Source: Planctomycetota bacterium
Lineage (GTDB): Bacteria; Planctomycetota; UBA1135; JACQFD01
Length of the DNA: 64,000 nt
Assembly (NCBI GenBank): GCA_046160785.1
Contig: JBJXHE010000014.1
Location: 21,695 to 85,694 of the forward strand
Direction: 5' to 3'
The notes beneath the pieces are model-generated. The model searched no databases, had not been told where the DNA came from, and saw only the letters and a program-made list of their open reading frames with translations. Shown here piece after piece: positions 62,165 through 64,000 of the stretch. Within the stretch, counting starts at the first letter, position 1; each line of letters starts with the position of its first letter. The position numbers and the translations under genes were made by a program.

Positions 62165-63682
62165 ATGTCACTACCTCACAATTTCGGCGCCGGTTTGTTT
62201 CCCGAGGATGAAGATAAAAAAACTCGAAACACCCCCGCCCCCGACCCGGAGCCCGTTTCCGATGAGACGCCCGCTCCCGAATATTCACGAAGCGATTTTG
62301 ATAATCCATCCAATCCTACATTTACTCCGGCCGCATTTTCTCCCGCTGAGGAACGCCGATTTGATGATTTGGGATTGCCACAGGCCGCGCCGGCTCCGCC
62401 GGACGACACTACAGATACGGACATTTTTGGAGATGTAGTACCTGTCGACGACGCGCAAGACGCCAAGGCCGCTGCCCTTCGAACGCAGCGCCGCGAAAGC
62501 GTCGAAAGCCGCGGAGTCGAGCCGCTCGACGATCGAATTCACGGAGCTGAGATTCCTACACCTCGCTCCTTCGACGACGACCGCCGCGGACGCCGAGGCG
62601 GCAGAGGCCGCCGGCCGCGCGAAGAAGGACAGGAGCCACGCCGCGACGGACGCCGCGGAAGCCGAATGGATCGGCCCGATCGACCCGACCCACGCCGCCG
62701 CCGCGAGGAATCGACAGGCGCGCCACTCTCGGATTCACTCATGAGCAGACCCATGGATCTGGGCAGACCTGATATGGGCCGGCCTGACATGGGTAGACCT
62801 GACATGGGCAGACCTGACATGGGCAGACCCATTGACGCGGACCAAGACTCCATGTCTCGCTCGCGTGTCGTGCGCCCGATCCCGGGGCCGTCCTACGACC
62901 GCTCATTCTCAACCGGCATGATCGAGCAGAGTCCGACTGCGGGGATGTATTCAAATCCGCCGGCGGCGAATGTGTATGGATCTCCGCAGCAGGCACCACT
63001 CTCTGGCAGCGGCTATGGGATGCCTGCACAGGGGTCTGATGTTAGTGGACTGCGCCGCGAGATCGACGACCTGAAGGCACAGTTGAATCGATCGTTAATG
63101 TCCGGCGGACCGAGTGCGTCGTCGGCGTACGGCGTTGAGTCGTTTTCTCCTCGCGTCGTTCAGGCGCCGCCGCCCGTCGCGCCACCCGTTTCTGTAGCAT
63201 CCTTTGCTACAATTTTTGGAACGCAACGCGTCGCGGTATTAGCAGATGTGCCGAGCCTCCAGCGGTCGGCGAAGAAGACGTTTGGGCGAGTGGTGTCCTT
63301 TTCAAAATTGTTAACAAACGTGCTGCGCGGCCGCGGCGCGGTTCGCGCGATCGCGTTTCTAGCCGATCGCGATGCTAACGATCCGGCGTTTATTCAACAC
63401 TTGCGGCAGACCGGTTTTGAAGTGCGGCGAACGGATATGTCAGCGGGCGGACACCACCGCGCCGAAAACGGCGGAACGCTCGCGCTCGAGGCGTCGCGTC
63501 TCGCAAATCGAGTGGATGTCATCGTTTTCGCGGGTGGCGACCAGGAACTTATTGCACTCATCCCCGCGCTCCGTGCGCAGGGGTGCCGCGTAGAATTAGC
63601 TTCCTTCCCCGAGTCAGCCTCAGATCCCGGACGCGAAGCTGCCGATTCTTACTCTCCGCTCACGCGCGAAGACCTTATTTAA
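62165..63682 (+). CDS. NYN (LabA/DUF88-like, PIN-related) domain protein with long Arg/Gly/Pro-rich disordered N-terminal region
   Basis: C-terminal RVAVLADVPSLQRS...AIAFLADRD...VDVIVFAGGDQELIALIPALRAQGCRVELASF is NYN-like. The N-terminus has RRGRRGGRGRRPREEGQEPRRDGRRGSR, MGRPD repeats and a short coiled-coil-like LRREIDDLKAQLNRSL. Confidence 0.75.
   Translation: MSLPHNFGAGLFPEDEDKKTRNTPAPDPEPVSDETPAPEYSRSDFDNPSNPTFTPAAFSPAEERRFDDLGLPQAAPAPPDDTTDTDIFGDVVPVDDAQDAKAAALRTQRRESVESRGVEPLDDRIHGAEIPTPRSFDDDRRGRRGGRGRRPREEGQEPRRDGRRGSRMDRPDRPDPRRRREESTGAPLSDSLMSRPMDLGRPDMGRPDMGRPDMGRPDMGRPIDADQDSMSRSRVVRPIPGPSYDRSFSTGMIEQSPTAGMYSNPPAANVYGSPQQAPLSGSGYGMPAQGSDVSGLRREIDDLKAQLNRSLMSGGPSASSAYGVESFSPRVVQAPPPVAPPVSVASFATIFGTQRVAVLADVPSLQRSAKKTFGRVVSFSKLLTNVLRGRGAVRAIAFLADRDANDPAFIQHLRQTGFEVRRTDMSAGGHHRAENGGTLALEASRLANRVDVIVFAGGDQELIALIPALRAQGCRVELASFPESASDPGREAADSYSPLTREDLI
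62758..62832 (+). repeat. five tandem 15-bp coding repeats ((L/M)GRPD pentapeptide)
   Basis: CTGGGCAGACCTGAT ATGGGCCGGCCTGAC ATGGGTAGACCTGAC ATGGGCAGACCTGAC ATGGGCAGACCCATT, inside the NYN-domain gene. Confidence 0.9.
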
Positions 63683-63741
63683 TTGTAGCAACATTATCAT
63701 TGGTTGACGCGGCGGGTCCGGGGCGTTTTTGTAGCATCCTT

Positions 63742-63801
63742 AACAGTCCGCGGCAAAAGTGCTCCGCTATTTAGATAGGATGACTTTTGCCACGGGCTGT
63801 T
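63742..63801. repeat. intergenic palindromic repeat, copy C, 60-nt short form (opposite orientation)
   Basis: AACAGTCCGCGGCAAAAGT (63742-63760) / ACTTTTGCCACGGGCTGTT (63783-63801) with a 22-nt loop. The reverse complement equals the ends of copies A and B with the ~105-nt interior missing. 63780-63801 is identical to the reverse complement of 12599-12620. Confidence 0.7.
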
Positions 63802-63845
63802 TGGACCCGCTGCTGTATTCATTCACTTCACAGGTTTTTTGTTAA

Positions 63846-64000
63846 ATGATGTCCCCATCTATTAAAAACGGGAATATGACAATTCACTGGATCGCGGCGG
63901 CGATCGCGCTCGGGATACTTGCACAGCCGGCGTCGCTGCAAGACGCGGGGCCGCGCACAGCAAAACCTCCGGCTGTTACAAAACCTCCGGCTCCCGCGGG
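63846..64000 (+). CDS. hypothetical secreted protein, 3' end beyond the window
   Basis: ATGATG start. MMSPSIKNGNMTIHWIAAAIALGILAQPASLQDAG.. is signal-peptide-like. The frame is open to the window end. It is too short to appear in the ORF track. Confidence 0.45.
   Translation, partial: MMSPSIKNGNMTIHWIAAAIALGILAQPASLQDAGPRTAKPPAVTKPPAPA

Noticed and set aside
62758-62832. 15-bp tandem direct repeats considered as a possible CRISPR-like array
   Set aside because: The repeats are contiguous with no spacers, lie in frame inside a long ORF and encode a pentapeptide repeat. No cas genes are present in the window.
1-64000. Apparent excess of GTTAAC (about 22 sites by eye) and of AT-rich words such as TTGTTACA, TTACAA and TTAGCA embedded in CpG-rich sequence
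   Set aside because: The enrichment is only about two-fold over a crude expectation. It is explained by the bimodal codon usage: TTA/ACA/GTA/GCA/CAA/AAT codons sit next to GCG/CGC/GGC/CCG codons, with high TpA and CpG. It was not treated as a specific signal, unlike the strand-polarised 10-mer reported in the findings.
1-64000. Search for tRNA, rRNA, tmRNA, RNase P and SRP RNA signatures and for transposase, integrase, phage or defence-system genes
   Set aside because: No T-loop/acceptor-like structures or conserved RNA motifs were recognised in any intergenic region. No ORF carries DDE, tyrosine/serine recombinase, reverse transcriptase, Cas, restriction or toxin-antitoxin motifs. This was a visual inspection only and is not exhaustive.

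Overview
Densely coding chromosomal segment from a Gram-negative bacterium. It looks PVC/Planctomycetota-like: a planctomycete-type CxxCH cytochrome c module, rpoN plus two sigma-54 enhancer-binding proteins, the LPS genes lpxH and gmhB, and many secreted beta-helix, LamG and carboxypeptidase-regulatory-like proteins. I found no rRNA, tRNA, CRISPR array, transposase, integrase or phage genes. Secure housekeeping calls are phhB, lpxH, rpoN, dps, efp, gmhB, xthA, ettA and folD. The long minus-strand gene run from about 20.4 kb down to 4.5 kb ends in an unusual molybdopterin oxidoreductase operon. Its catalytic subunit has no Tat signal, its FeS and NrfD-like subunits are fused, and it ends with a secreted thioredoxin / cytochrome c / PHM-like copper monooxygenase fusion. 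A five-gene minus-strand operon (36.1-43.7 kb) encodes two polyprenyl-phosphate-type GT2s, a FemAB-like protein and two paralogous GT-C/ArnT-like membrane proteins, and looks like an uncharacterised envelope glycosylation system. The non-coding signals are the most distinctive part of the window. (i) An ERIC/Correia-like palindromic intergenic repeat family has two ~162-nt copies and one 60-nt short form, and these overlap gene termini. (ii) The 470-nt ettA to ECF-sigma spacer holds a 150-nt element closed by a 28-bp stem, a perfect 16-bp inverted repeat and four phased copies of a GGGAC(A/T)GTCCCC palindrome. (iii) Two tandem intrinsic-terminator-like hairpins sit 17 nt upstream of an RG-rich/NYN-domain gene. 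(iv) A carboxypeptidase-regulatory-like gene is interrupted by a single in-frame TGA. (v) The 10-mer TGTAGCATCC occurs five times, always on the same strand. All functional calls rest on motif recognition by eye; no database search was possible.
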